Assembly (NCBI RefSeq): GCF_006345805.1
Contig: NC_043005.1
Coordinates: 73,966,001 to 74,030,000, forward strand
Direction of reading: 5' to 3'
Source of the DNA: Octopus sinensis
Taxonomy: Eukaryota
DNA: 64,000 bases
Shown: positions 1 to 10,559 of the stretch, one piece after another
Position numbering within the stretch: position 1 is the first letter of the stretch
How the letters are laid out: each line of letters starts with the position of its first letter
The notes under the pieces: generated by a model
The model's input: the letters and a program-made list of their open reading frames with translations, nothing else
Told to the model about the DNA's origin: nothing
Database searches by the model: none
Made by a program: the position numbers and the translations under genes

Positions 1-98
1 TCTATCGGTCTCCTTTGCCGAACCGCTAAGTTACGGGGACATAAACGCACAAGCGATGTGGGGGGAGGCAGACACAGACACACCAACACACATACACA

Positions 99-166
<68 letters not shown>

Positions 167-330
167 CGACGGGTTTCTCTCAGTTTCCGTCTACCAAATC
201 CACTCAGAAGGCTTTGGTCGGCCCGAGGCTATAGTAGAAGACTCTTGCCCAAGGTGCCACGCGGTAGGACCGAACCCGGAACCGTGTGGTTGGTAAGCAA
301 GCTACTTACCACACAGCCACTCCTGCGCCT
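1..330 (-). mobile_element. tRNA-derived SINE, family A (runs off the window start)
   Basis: Minus strand begins AGGCGCAGGAGTGGCTGTGTGGTAAG with A/B-box-like motifs (TGGCTGTGTGG...GGTTCGGTCC) and has an internal (TA)n(TG)n tract. It matches copies at 6914, 26011, 32830, 39224 and 58139. Confidence 0.9.
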
Positions 331-417
331 GCAGAGGGAGTCAAACCGGCGACCCTCAGATTACTTCTAAGATTGGCCTATAAAAGTCCAATGCTCTATC
401 GACTGAGCTATGCAGGC
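326..417 (-). tRNA. tRNA-Lys(UUU): tRNA-Lys (anticodon TTT) gene or pseudogene with a 19-nt intron after position 37
   Basis: Minus strand: GCCTGCA TA GCTC AGTCGATA GAGC A TTGGA CTTTTA [TAGGCCAATCTTAGAAGTA] A TCTGA GGGTC GCCGG TTTGACT CCCTC TGCAGGC G. Acceptor and D stems are perfect and the anticodon stem pairs with wobbles. The T-stem has 2 mismatches and TTTG replaces TTCG. Confidence 0.8.
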
Positions 418-435
418 GGACAGAAAGATGTTGCA

Positions 436-507
436 TTCCCATGCCGGGAATAGAAACCGGGCCACTTAGAAAGAAGTTGGGAAACCTAACCACTAGACCA
501 CATGGGA
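436..507 (-). pseudogene. tRNA-Glu-like pseudogene
   Basis: 72 nt, TCCCATGTGGTCTAGTGGTTAGG...TGGCCCGGTTTCTATTCCCGGCATGGGAA, matching the eukaryotic tRNA-Glu acceptor, D and T arms. The anticodon arm (CCCAA/CTAAG) no longer pairs. Confidence 0.65.
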
Positions 508-579
508 TATATATTTATGATTCTTTCGTCGTGAGTCCGCACGTGACTGTAACTATGTGTAAGATTTTCTGAGTACCTT

Positions 580-782
580 ATATCTTTTACTTATTTCAGT
601 CCATTAGACTGCGGCCATGCTGGAACACCGCCTTCAAGAATTTCAGTCGAATGATTCGACCCCAGACACACATATGTATATATATATGACATGACACTTA
701 CCCAAGGTGCCATGCAATACGACTGAACCTGGAACCATACTGTTACGAAAAAAATTCCTTACCACACAGCCACGCCTGCGCC
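580..782 (-). mobile_element. Internally deleted SINE family A remnant
   Basis: Tail motif (cttttacttatttcagtc...ggccatgctggaacaccgcc) plus head motif (cttaccacacagccacgcctgcgcc). Confidence 0.7.
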
Positions 783-916
783 AAATATATCTCTGTATAT
801 TTTGTCACGAGATTCTTTATTCCTGGTGTAGAAGGTCCACATAAAAATATCTTTTCACTTGCAAAAATTCTAGAATATTAAAAGCAAAGAGATATCTAAT
901 CACAAACAGAAAGCAA

Positions 917-934
917 ATAATAATAATAATAATG

Positions 935-977
<43 letters not shown>

Positions 978-979
978 TA

Positions 980-1017
<38 letters not shown>

Positions 1018-1018
1018 G

Positions 1019-1080
<62 letters not shown>

Positions 1081-1093
1081 AATAATAATAATA
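917..1093. repeat. (AAT)n/(GAT)n microsatellite
   Basis: Direct reading. It produces the spurious poly-Ile ORFs. Confidence 0.98.
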
Positions 1094-1240
1094 GTGGCTC
1101 TCATGGCTTCTGATCTTAACTGATTGGAAGTGTTATCAAGGCAGTGGCTCTCATGGCTTCTGATCTTAACTGATTGGAAGTGTTATCAAGGCAGTGGCTC
1201 TCATGGCTTCTGATCTTAACTGATTGGAAGTGTTATCAAT
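1091..1240 (+). repeat. 50-bp tandem repeat x3, derived from the 5' part of the 555-bp element
   Basis: GCAGTGGCTCTCATGGCTTCTGATCTTAACTGATTGGAAGTGTTATCAAG repeated head-to-tail, then present again in the element starting at 1241. Confidence 0.95.
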
Positions 1241-1794
1241 GCCCTGGTGCAGTACCAGGCAGTGGCTCTCATGGCTTCTGATCTTAACTGATTGGAAGTG
1301 TTATCATGTACATTGTTTTGTCTTGGTATAAAAGATGGGCTACAGCAAATATTCTGCTCAATACCACAGATTTGCTTGTCAGTTGTTTGACCTTAACCAG
1401 TTGAGCATGTTCCTTAGTGGCTGACAATACGTGCATCTCTGATCACGAGCAGAAGTAGTGGGGGAGCATCATAGCCATGTGTTGAGGGGGATTCTTTGGA
1501 GTTTGAATAATTCACCTCTGGAAACATAGGTGTTTCGTTCAACATCCTAAAGCAACCCTTATTCAGGGACCGTTTGAGCGGGATGGGCTACTCAACCTGA
1601 AGAAAATTCTTACTGGGCCCCACCTGCAAGGTCATGTGCTGTTTATCTTGATATGAGATCACCATGTCGCGCACATATGGTTGTGATGCATGTGCCTGGT
1701 GTACCTTTATCAGACGGGTAGTCATGATGGGTATAATGGGCTTCGTATATTTTACCCCAGTGTCACTTTGATGGCATGAACTGCTCTCTCACTC
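1241..1794 (+). mobile_element. ~555-bp non-coding TAA-associated element, copy 1
   Basis: GCCCTG(A/G)TGCAGTACCAGGCAG...GCTCTCTCACTC followed by (AAT)n. Near-identical copies at 1815 and 3699. No conserved ORF. Orientation is assumed from the neighbouring Dong fragments. Confidence 0.85.
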
Positions 1795-1814
1795 AATAAT
1801 AATAATAATAATAT

Positions 1815-2367
1815 GCCCTGATGCAGTACAAGACAGTAGCTCTTATGGCTTCGGATCTTAACTGATTGGAAGTGTTATCATGTATATTGTCTTGTCTTGG
1901 TATCAAAGATGGGCTACAGCAAATATTCTGCTCAATACCACAGATTTGCTTGTCAGTTGTTTGACCTTAACCAGTTGACCATATCCCTTAGTGGCTGACG
2001 ATATGTGCATCTCTGATCACGAGCAGAAGTGGTCGGGGAGAATCATAGCCGTGTGTTGAAATGAATTCTTAGAGGTTTGGATGATTCACCTCTAGAAACA
2101 TGGGTGTTTCGTTCAACATCCTCAGACAATCCTTATTCAGGGACCTCTTGAGTGGGATGGGCTACTCAACCTTAAGAAAATTCTAACTGGGCTCCACCTG
2201 CAAGGTCATGCACTGTTTATTTTGATACTAGATCACCATGTCGCGCATATATGGTTGTGATGCATGTACCTGGGGTACCCTTATCAGACAGATAGTCATG
2301 ATGGCAATTTGGGCTTCATATATTTGTACCATGTGTTGCTTTGATGGCATGCATTGCTCTCTCACTC
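1815..2367 (+). mobile_element. ~555-bp TAA-associated element, copy 2
   Basis: Same ends as copy 1; flanked on both sides by (AAT)n. Confidence 0.85.
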
Positions 2368-2384
2368 AATAATAATAATAATAA

Positions 2385-2423
<39 letters not shown>

Positions 2424-2424
<1 letters not shown>

Positions 2425-3660
2425 GACTTTTACAACTGGCAATAACAATGAAGATTGCTACTATTGGCCTAGACACCTACCTGAAAAACTCTGAGGACTG
2501 GATGTTAAAACTTGTCTCAAAACATGAAAACAAGAAAGCCTCATACTCAGTAACAAAACAGGCAAAGGAATATCTAAGTGAATTCCGAATACAACAAATT
2601 TCGGAATTAGAGATAGACATACAAGAAACAGGCACAGAAAAAGCTAAGCGCATGGAAACCCGTGCTAAATCTGCGGCCTTAGATATTCTGAATGATAAAT
2701 GGCAATAAAAACCTCTCTATGGCAAATACCCAAAGAGAGCAAATAATGCAGATGTTGACAAAGCCCTGACCCATCAATGGCTTCTGGCTTAAAATCTGAA
2801 ACAGAGGGGTTTATCATAGCAGCTCAAGATCAATGCCTACCAACAAGAAACTACCAGGCCAACATATTAAAGATCGGCAGTAGCCCAACGTGTCGTGTAT
2901 GCCAGCAACAAAATGAGACCATTGATCATGTGGTCTCCAAGTGCAGTCTTCTAGCGCCTACAGAGTATCTCAACAGGCATGATAGAGCTGCACAATATAT
3001 TCACTGGGTAATCTGCAAAAACCTGGATTTGCCCCATGAAAAAAACTGATGAGAGCACAAACCACCCCCAGTGCTTGAAAATGACCACATCTCACTCCTC
3101 CGGAACTTCACCATTCAAACTGACAGAAAGATAGATGCAAATAGGCCAGACATCATATTGAAAGACTTCAAACAAAGAACATGCCTCCTCATTGATATGA
3201 CTGTCCCAATCGATATAAACGTATCTGTCAAGACCTACCAAAAACTGAGCAAATATAAAGATCTTGAAATAGAAATCAGCAAAATGTGGAACCTGAAGAG
3301 TAAAACAATACCTGTTGTCATAGGTGCCCTGGGAATGATAGCAAAAGGGGCTGATTGCTACCTAACTCAGATACCAAGAAACCCAAAAATGGCAGAAATT
3401 CAAAAGATAGTGCTCATGGGAACTGCTCATATCTTACGCAAAAATACTTTCTATGTAATCTCAAGGTTTAAAACAAACATTAAAAATTTTTTTTTTCATT
3501 TATTTATTTTTTTTTAGACATCCACTAGTACGACACAAAAAACAACCAAATATATGGCACACTAGGCATAACAACAACGTGAACTTCCAACCTGTTGTCG
3601 CTTGAGGTCTCCGGGTGAGACTTGGAGCCAACTTGTACAAATATACAGCAAAAGTCAAAC

Positions 3661-3662
<2 letters not shown>
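2424..3662 (+). mobile_element. 5'-truncated R4/Dong-clade non-LTR retrotransposon (RLE type), degenerate
   Basis: Fragmented ORFs 2448-3517 carry GLKSETEGFIIAAQDQ, a CCHC knuckle (CRVC...ETIDHVVSKC) and a restriction-like endonuclease (RPDIIL...LIDMTVP...KLSKYKDL). Flanked by (TAA)n, the known Dong target. Confidence 0.9.
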
Positions 3663-3698
<36 letters not shown>

Positions 3699-4223
3699 GC
3701 CCTGATGCAGTACCAGGCAGTGGTTCTCATGGCTTCTGATCTTAACTGATTGGAAGTGTTATCATGGGCTACAGCAAATATTCTGCTCAATACAACAGAT
3801 TTGCTTGTCAGTTGTTTGACCATAACCAGTTGAGCATGTCTCTTAGTGGTTGATGATATGTGCATCTCTGATCACGAGCAGAAGTAGTGGGGGAGTATCA
3901 TAGCCATGTGTTGAGAGGGATTTTTTGGGGTTTGAATAATTCACCTCTGGGAACATGGGTGTTTCGTTCAACATCCATAAACAACCCTTACTCAGGGACC
4001 TTTTGAGCAGGATGGGTTACTCGACCAGAAGAAAATTCTAACTGGACCCCACCTACAAGGTCATGTGGTGTTTATCTTGATATGAGATCATCATGTCGCG
4101 CACATATGGTTGTGATGCATGTGCCTGGTGTACCCTTATCAGACGGGTAGTCATGATGGGTAGACTGGGCTTCGTATATTTTACTCCAGTGTCACTTTGA
4201 TGGCATGCACTGCTCTCTCACTC
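3699..4223 (+). mobile_element. TAA-associated element, copy 3 (~40-bp internal deletion)
   Basis: Same termini as copy 1; (AAT)n on both sides. Confidence 0.85.
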
Positions 4224-4274
<51 letters not shown>

Positions 4275-4449
4275 CAGGCAGTGGCTTTCATGGCTTCTCA
4301 TCTTAGCTGGTTGTGGAAGTGTCATCATGTACATTGTTTTGTCTTGGTATAAAAGACGGGCTACAGCAAATATTCTGCTCGATACCACAGATTTGCTTCG
4401 TATATTTTACTCCAGTGTCATTTTGACAGCATGCACTGCTCTCTCACTC
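4275..4449 (+). mobile_element. TAA-associated element, copy 4 (large internal deletion)
   Basis: The 5' part is joined to the 3' part at a GCTT microhomology (gatttgctt|cgtatatttt). Flanked by (AAT)n/(GAT)n. Confidence 0.75.
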
Positions 4450-4477
4450 AATAATGATGATGATGATGATGATGATA

Positions 4478-4530
<53 letters not shown>

Positions 4531-4531
<1 letters not shown>

Positions 4532-5591
4532 CTTAGAGGTCTCATAAGATGCAATATCTGTGTTGTCAAGAGAACAAACTGGGATGATACCCAACAGTAG
4601 AGTGAATCATTGCTTGCCGCTGTGAGAATTAACAATATAATACCTACCGAAAATGTGATACACCCAAAAACATTTAAGAAATAAGATGAAGAAGAAAGAG
4701 TAAGCAACTGGAAAATGAAGCTTCTGCATGGGCAATAATTCAGAGAAATCGAAGGAAAAGACATGATCAACACTTGGAGATGGCTGAGAAAAAGTTATCT
4801 GAAAGGATGCATTGAGGCATTGGCATGCAGCGCCCAGGCAAAATTCTGGGAACTAATTACACCAAGTTCCAAACAGATATGAGTAGCGAAATAATCTCAC
4901 ATATTGTGAGTGAGTGTAGCAAGCTGGCCCCAAAGCATTACATATGGAAGCACGATAACGTGACTAAGTTCGTCCACTGGAGGCTATATGAAAAGTACAG
5001 TCTGAAAAGTACAGCACGGAAATGGTACGAAGATGAACCTGAAGTAGTCACCGAGAACACGGAATATAAGATTCTGAAGGATTTTACAATCCAATGTGTC
5101 CAATGTGACTCCCTAATCTAGTCTCGGAGATCAGATATTATTGTGATAGATAAAGGAAAAAAGGAAACCAAGATCATAGATAATGCAATACACGGAGATG
5201 CGCGCATAAGTTATAAAGAACTAGAAAAGATAGCAAAGTACAGACTACTAAAAGACGAAATTGCAAGAATTTGGACTATGAGGAGAGTGTCTGTCATTCC
5301 AGTAGTTGTAGGGTCACTCGGAGCACTAACAATCAAGTTAGAGAAATATGTCAAACAAATCGGAAGTGACATGAGACGAGAGCAAGCCCAAAAAACTGCC
5401 CTGCTAGGGGACAGCTAGGATTTTGAGATTGGTACTTGGATGTTGAATTGTATCCCATGATAATTAACAACCAAGTATCAAAGCTTATAATGTGCAGAAA
5501 GAGACTGTGTGAGACCCATGATTGCAAGCTGCTGTTCGCTCTCACAGAATCTACCAGAACAAATAAGACCGAACGTTATGAGAAGTAAAAC
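4531..5591 (+). mobile_element. Second, more diverged R4/Dong-clade fragment
   Basis: WKMKLLHGQ*FRE...TWRWLRK, HIVSECSKLA...HDNV...HW, and an RLE region (RSDIIVIDK...IIDNAI...KIAKYRLL...VIPVVVGSLG). Stops and frameshifts present; bounded by AAT repeats. Confidence 0.85.
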
Positions 5592-6680
5592 AATAATACT
5601 AATAATGGTTTCAAATTTTGGCTGTTTTAGGGAAGGAGGGTATTTGATTAACGGTTCAGCAAAAGAGACCAACAGAATAAGTAGCAGGTTTTAAAACAAA
5701 ACAAGTAGAGGGGTCTATTTGTTCGACTAAACTTCCATGGTGGGGCCGTATCGTGATTACAGTCCAACGACTGAAACAAGTAATAATATAAGATGAATAA
5801 ATGAAAGCAATCAAATTCATTATAATCATCAAAATATATCTAAAACCTTCAGTATCGGACTTCTTATACTAATTTGTTTTACTCTTTTTTATCTTTACTT
5901 TCTTCTGTCATTCGTATTTTCTTATTCATCTTCTTTTACTTTTATTTTTCTTAATTCTTTTTAATTAAAATATATTATAATGGTTTAATGCACATCACTG
6001 AGCATTAGCCAAAGAATGTTAGAACGCCCGTACACACAGCACGCCATCAGGTTTTGCAGCCGACTTCGGAAGCTGTTGTATAAACAGCAACTAAGTGTGA
6101 CGTATAACAGTTCTAAAATCTTCTGTGTATTTACCACTCCTTGCTAATTACAGAGGCCGTTGAATAAAGAATCTTCGGAACTCTGTTAACTCTTACATCA
6201 GAGTGGTGAAGTGTGCTGGTGCTATAATGGATGTGAAGTCTGCTAGAACGGCTGTATTTAATGAGTAAACATTGTCGAGTGTAAGAAATTATATAAACAT
6301 TTCAGCTAATTACAACTAATGTAAAAATACAACGGCGTTTGTTGTTCTGTTTGCGTTTCTTTCTTGTTTTTCTCATCTATTTTTATATCCTTTTCCCTCG
6401 TATCACCCTGAGAATTACCTATCAGCAGACACTGAAATCCTGATATGTTATTGCTTCTGTTATTTCCAAGGCTCTGTTTATTTTCCTGGTTGCAACAAGT
6501 CTCATGCAGACGAATTCTCTTCCGGGCGTTTTGTCTTATATTTTATTTTGAATTGGTAAAGATGAATTTTAAATCGCTCTGAGATAGGTGGTTTACAGAT
6601 ATGTCAAAACAATCTCCGGGGAAATGATAACAAACTTGAGACTGGAAACTAAGACACGCGATATGCTTGCCACAATTGTT

Positions 6681-6712
<32 letters not shown>

Positions 6713-6913
6713 GCATATGACAGTTTTAGGGGAGGAGGGTAGTTGACTAACAGTTCAGCAAAATAGACCGATAGAATAAGTACCAGGTTTTAAAACAAAA
6801 TAAGTGCAGATGTCTTTTCTTTTTGGTTTTAAAATGCGTCTAGCCACCTTGATTACTTTATAATTTTTATATTACCACTTTGCTGAATCAGCCATTGATT
6901 CCCAGGAGTGGAT

Positions 6914-7095
6914 AGGCGCAGGAGTGGCTGTATGGTAAGTAGCTTGCTTACCAACCACATGGTTCCGGGTTCAGTCCCACTGCGTGGCAGCTTGGGCAAG
7001 TATCTTCTACTCTAGCCTCAGGCCGACCAAAGCCCTGCGAGTGGATTTGGTTGACGGGAACTGAAAGAAGCCCGTCGCATATATGTATATATATA

Positions 7096-7142
<47 letters not shown>

Positions 7143-7344
7143 TTGTGTGTCTGTATTTGTCCCCCCAACATCGCTTGACAACCGATGCTGGTGTGTTTAC
7201 GTCCCCGTAACTTAGCGTTCGGTGAAAGAGACCGATAGAATAAGTACTACGCTTACAAAGAATAAGTCCTGGAGTCGGTTTGCTCGACTGAAGGCGGTGC
7301 TCCAGCATGGCCGCAGTCAAATGACTGAAACAAGTAAAAGAATA
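6914..7344 (+). mobile_element. Full-length SINE family A
   Basis: tRNA-like head, internal (TA)n(TG)n, tail ...ATGACTGAAACAAGTAAAAGA. Confidence 0.92.
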
Positions 7345-7710
7345 TACTGACAAGTGAAATCTCAACTTCACCACCCGGTATGAAGTAAGCATTACTGATG
7401 AGCATTAATTTCATGCAAAATTGATGTGCCACACTAATGCCCTCGCTTGCAGTGGGGAGGTTGTCTCCCTTGTCAGTACTTAGAATAGGTGTTTTTGTGG
7501 CTAAAGAATCGATGGCTCTTATTTCTAGAAGTGCTGATGCTCCCTGCACCCTTGGTCACTTGTCGTGACGGTGAATTATTTCCTCTTTGGTTTTAAATTG
7601 CGTCTAGAGTCACCTTAATTATTTTACACACATACATACTTCATATATATATATATATATATGAAAAAACAAGTCAGAATAGAAAATGCTAAAATAATTT
7701 TATAGTGAAC

Positions 7711-7757
7711 ATTTCAGTACCGGTTTCGGTCATTTCGAGACCTTTTCAACTGTAACG
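7711..7757 (-). ncRNA. Minimal type I hammerhead ribozyme-like motif (Penelope-type), U3-A8 core variant
   Basis: Minus strand: GTTACAG TTGAAAA GGTC TCGAAAT GACC GAAAC CG GTA CTGAAAT. Stems I and II pair, stem III is the palindrome ACCGGT, and the cleavage triplet is GUA. Confidence 0.6.
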
Positions 7758-8273
7758 ATTAAATAATTAAATTTAGAAAAATTAGAAGAAAAGTTTTTTT
7801 AAAGGAATATTTCTATAGTAGTGTTCAGATATAAGTGGCATTCTGCCTTTCTCTGACTCCCTTGTTTGCACTTGTGTGTTCGAGGTCGTTGTGTGTATAT
7901 ATATATATATATATGGGTTTACTTCCTCAACTGACATATTCACGAGTTACGTCGTTTTGTTTGTTTTTGTTTATTTTTCTCAAAGAAATTAAGGATAAAA
8001 TAAGCTTCAAATTCTGTCGACTTATTCAGTTTGACGTCAGTCTCAATGGAAATATTTACAAGCATAAAAATTTTAAGAAGGAACACATTAAAACGAACAC
8101 TAAAATGAAAAAGTCAAATAAAACATACGTGAAAATATGTAGAAACCATTTATTAAAACAGATACAAGCTATCTAAATTGTGAAATGTTTTTAGGCGTTA
8201 CATCGATTTTTTAGTTAATTTTCACAGCTTGGAACCAATTAACGACGTAAATCGAAGCATACCTGTACATATA

Positions 8274-8799
8274 CAAGGTGTCCCAAAAAATGTATACACA
8301 CCTTAAATAATTGTAAATTTGGGGTTTATTATAATTTTCAACATGTAAAAGAATTTACAAATATCATTCTATTGTCTTGTTATCGCATGTTCTCAAACTG
8401 ATGTCCGTTCTGCTCCAAACACTGCTGATAACGCGAAGCGATGGAATGGCACACATCATGGAACAATTCCCTTGGGATATTCGTACATTCATGTTCAATG
8501 GTTGCCCTCAATTGAACGACTGTTGCAGGTTTCTGTGCATAGACTTTGCCCTTTAGGTATCCCCATAAAAAGAAGTCTAGTGGTGTGAGGTCTGGTGAAC
8601 GTGGAGGGTATTCGGCAAAACCTCTCCGTCCAATCCACCTGTTTGGCAAGATCCCATCAAGAAAGGATCTAACATCGCGATGGTAGTGTGGAGGTGCCCC
8701 ATCTTGCTGGAAATAAAACTCTTCCTGTTCAAAGTCCTTTCTAATGCTTGGCATGACAGACTGTTGCAGCATGTGTATACATTTGTTTGGGACACGCTG
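8274..8799 (-). mobile_element. Tc1/mariner superfamily DD41D (rosa-like) deletion derivative
   Basis: Inverted termini CAAGGTGTCCCAAAAAATGTATACAC / CAGCGTGTCCCAAACAAATGTATACAC, each flanked by TA. The remaining ORF has QQDGAPPH...PPRSPDLTPLDFFLWG with 41 residues between the 2nd and 3rd catalytic Asp. The N-terminal half is missing. Confidence 0.88.
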
Positions 8800-8958
8800 T
8801 ATATATAAATTCGATGTGTTGCGTTCCATTATTAATAAAGGAAGTACGAAACTGTATATTAGCAATTGGTTGATAACTGATGAAGAATTAGAGACCTTCT
8901 GTGTTTGTCTTCCGTCCGGTAGTATACGTTATGTCGTATGTTTATTTACCATACATTT

Positions 8959-9027
<69 letters not shown>

Positions 9028-9260
9028 ATATAAATATATGCATATATACATACATATATGTACATACTTACATATATATGTATATATACATGCATTTGTG
9101 GGTACAGGACATCAAAAATACGCTAAACACAATGAGAAATGAAAACATAAAAACTAAAACATAGAAACGAATTTTTTTCGAACAACGAAAAATACAGAGA
9201 AACGAGACATGCAACAAAGAATATTCCCCTTCTTCAGTTGTCCCTGTTTCATCTACTCCG

Positions 9261-9294
<34 letters not shown>

Positions 9295-9297
9295 ATA

Positions 9298-9690
9298 CTA
9301 GCAGTATCGCCCGGCGTTGCTCGGGTTTGTAAGGGAAATAACTATAAAGCATTTTTAGAGAGTTATAGCCAGAAAATAGCAAAAAAATGGGAAAAAAATT
9401 ATGGTAAATTTATTTTTGAGAGTTAAAAAGGTGGAGTTGCGTCCCCTAGACAGTCTGTGGTTTGTGTTTCTGATTCTCGACCCCATGTCGAATTTATCGA
9501 TTTTTTGAGAACTGGGGGAACTTTTCAAAATTTTCGCTGCGTTAGTTTTGAATTATGACATTGGGCTATGTGTGTGTCAAGTTTCATCAGAATCGGTTGA
9601 AAGCCGTGGTCAGGGTGAGGGTACAACCTAACAGACACACAGAAACACACACAGACAAACTGCCGTTTATATATATATATATATATATAA
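9298..9690 (-). mobile_element. Non-autonomous Helitron-like element
   Basis: Minus-strand 3' end has a hairpin (CCCGAGCAACGCCGGG), then CTAG followed by T. The 5' end lies in an (AT)n tract. Confidence 0.7.
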
Positions 9691-9944
9691 CAGATGAAAG
9701 ACGGAAGATAGAATATACGAGAATTTATTATTAATCACGACAATTGTTTCGGCACATCTCGCATCGATTCCTCTTGTGAGTGCGTATGTGTGTGTGTGTG
9801 TTAATATGGAGTAACTGTCTACGTTTCCCTTGTAAAGGTTAAAAAACATGTCCTCCGCTAAAAGTTATCGAGTAATCCTCCAGTTTAATATTAAATTGTT
9901 TTTATACACAACTTGTAATCGGCAAATTAGGCTGTTCAGTAGTT

Positions 9945-9998
9945 CTCTATCCATCACACAGCCAGGATCTGGCACCCTCAGACTTCCACCTGTTCGAT
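9945..9998 (+). pseudogene. Tiny mariner transposase remnant
   Basis: Translates to PSHSQDLAPSDFHLF, matching the YSPDLAPSDF/Y motif. Confidence 0.55.
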
Positions 9999-10559
9999 CG
10001 CATGTGATAATGGGGTAAATTTATGGTTGGTTTCTTCTTATCGTGATTTATGATAGAGATTATGTTAACATTGTCAACGCTTTCGACACTGGGTGAACGT
10101 TTTATTTTATATCTAAGCTGTGTAGGTTACCACAAAACAAAGACAGCAATAGGACGAGAAAAAGCATAGAGAAATATGATCTTCGTGTAGATCCTATTTA
10201 TTGCCCTAGATTTATTTAACAACAGAAGTGCTAATTACTTTCTTCAAAGTAAATAGATGTGCACTGAGTCAGCATAAATGCAAATTTGCTGCTTTATTTG
10301 TTTGTTTTTTGTTGTTGTAGTTTATTTTTGTTTTGTTTTTTCAGCGATCAAATATCTGATATGGAATATGAGATGGCTAATATAGGGACATGTGTTCTTA
10401 TAGCACATGAAGGCGACGAAATATTATACATCGTCTCTGAAGCATAGCATCTTACTACGCATAATATTGGGACAAATTTGCTTAGAGAGCTAGAGAGTTA
10501 TGTCTTAAACGTTGTCCTTTAAGGGATATGTGATGACAGTGGAAAAACAATTGGCAAAT

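Noticed and set aside
817-1123. Poly-Ile/Met ORFs (also 4444-4773, 29313-29917, 57023-57321 and others)
   Set aside because: These are translations of (AAT)n, (TAGA)n and (TA)n microsatellites.
1091-1310. Regular 50-bp repeats as a possible CRISPR array
   Set aside because: There are no unique spacers, the context is eukaryotic, no cas genes are present, and the unit is part of a dispersed repeat.
6914-6990. SINE heads (families A, B, C) as tRNA genes
   Set aside because: They have A/B-box-like motifs but no closed acceptor stem, and each continues into a conserved SINE body.
7385-7440. CTGATGA GCAT..ATGC AAAA hammerhead-like string (similar case at 35200-35225)
   Set aside because: G12 or stem III/NUH geometry is missing and stem I does not follow the cleavage site, so it is compatible with chance.
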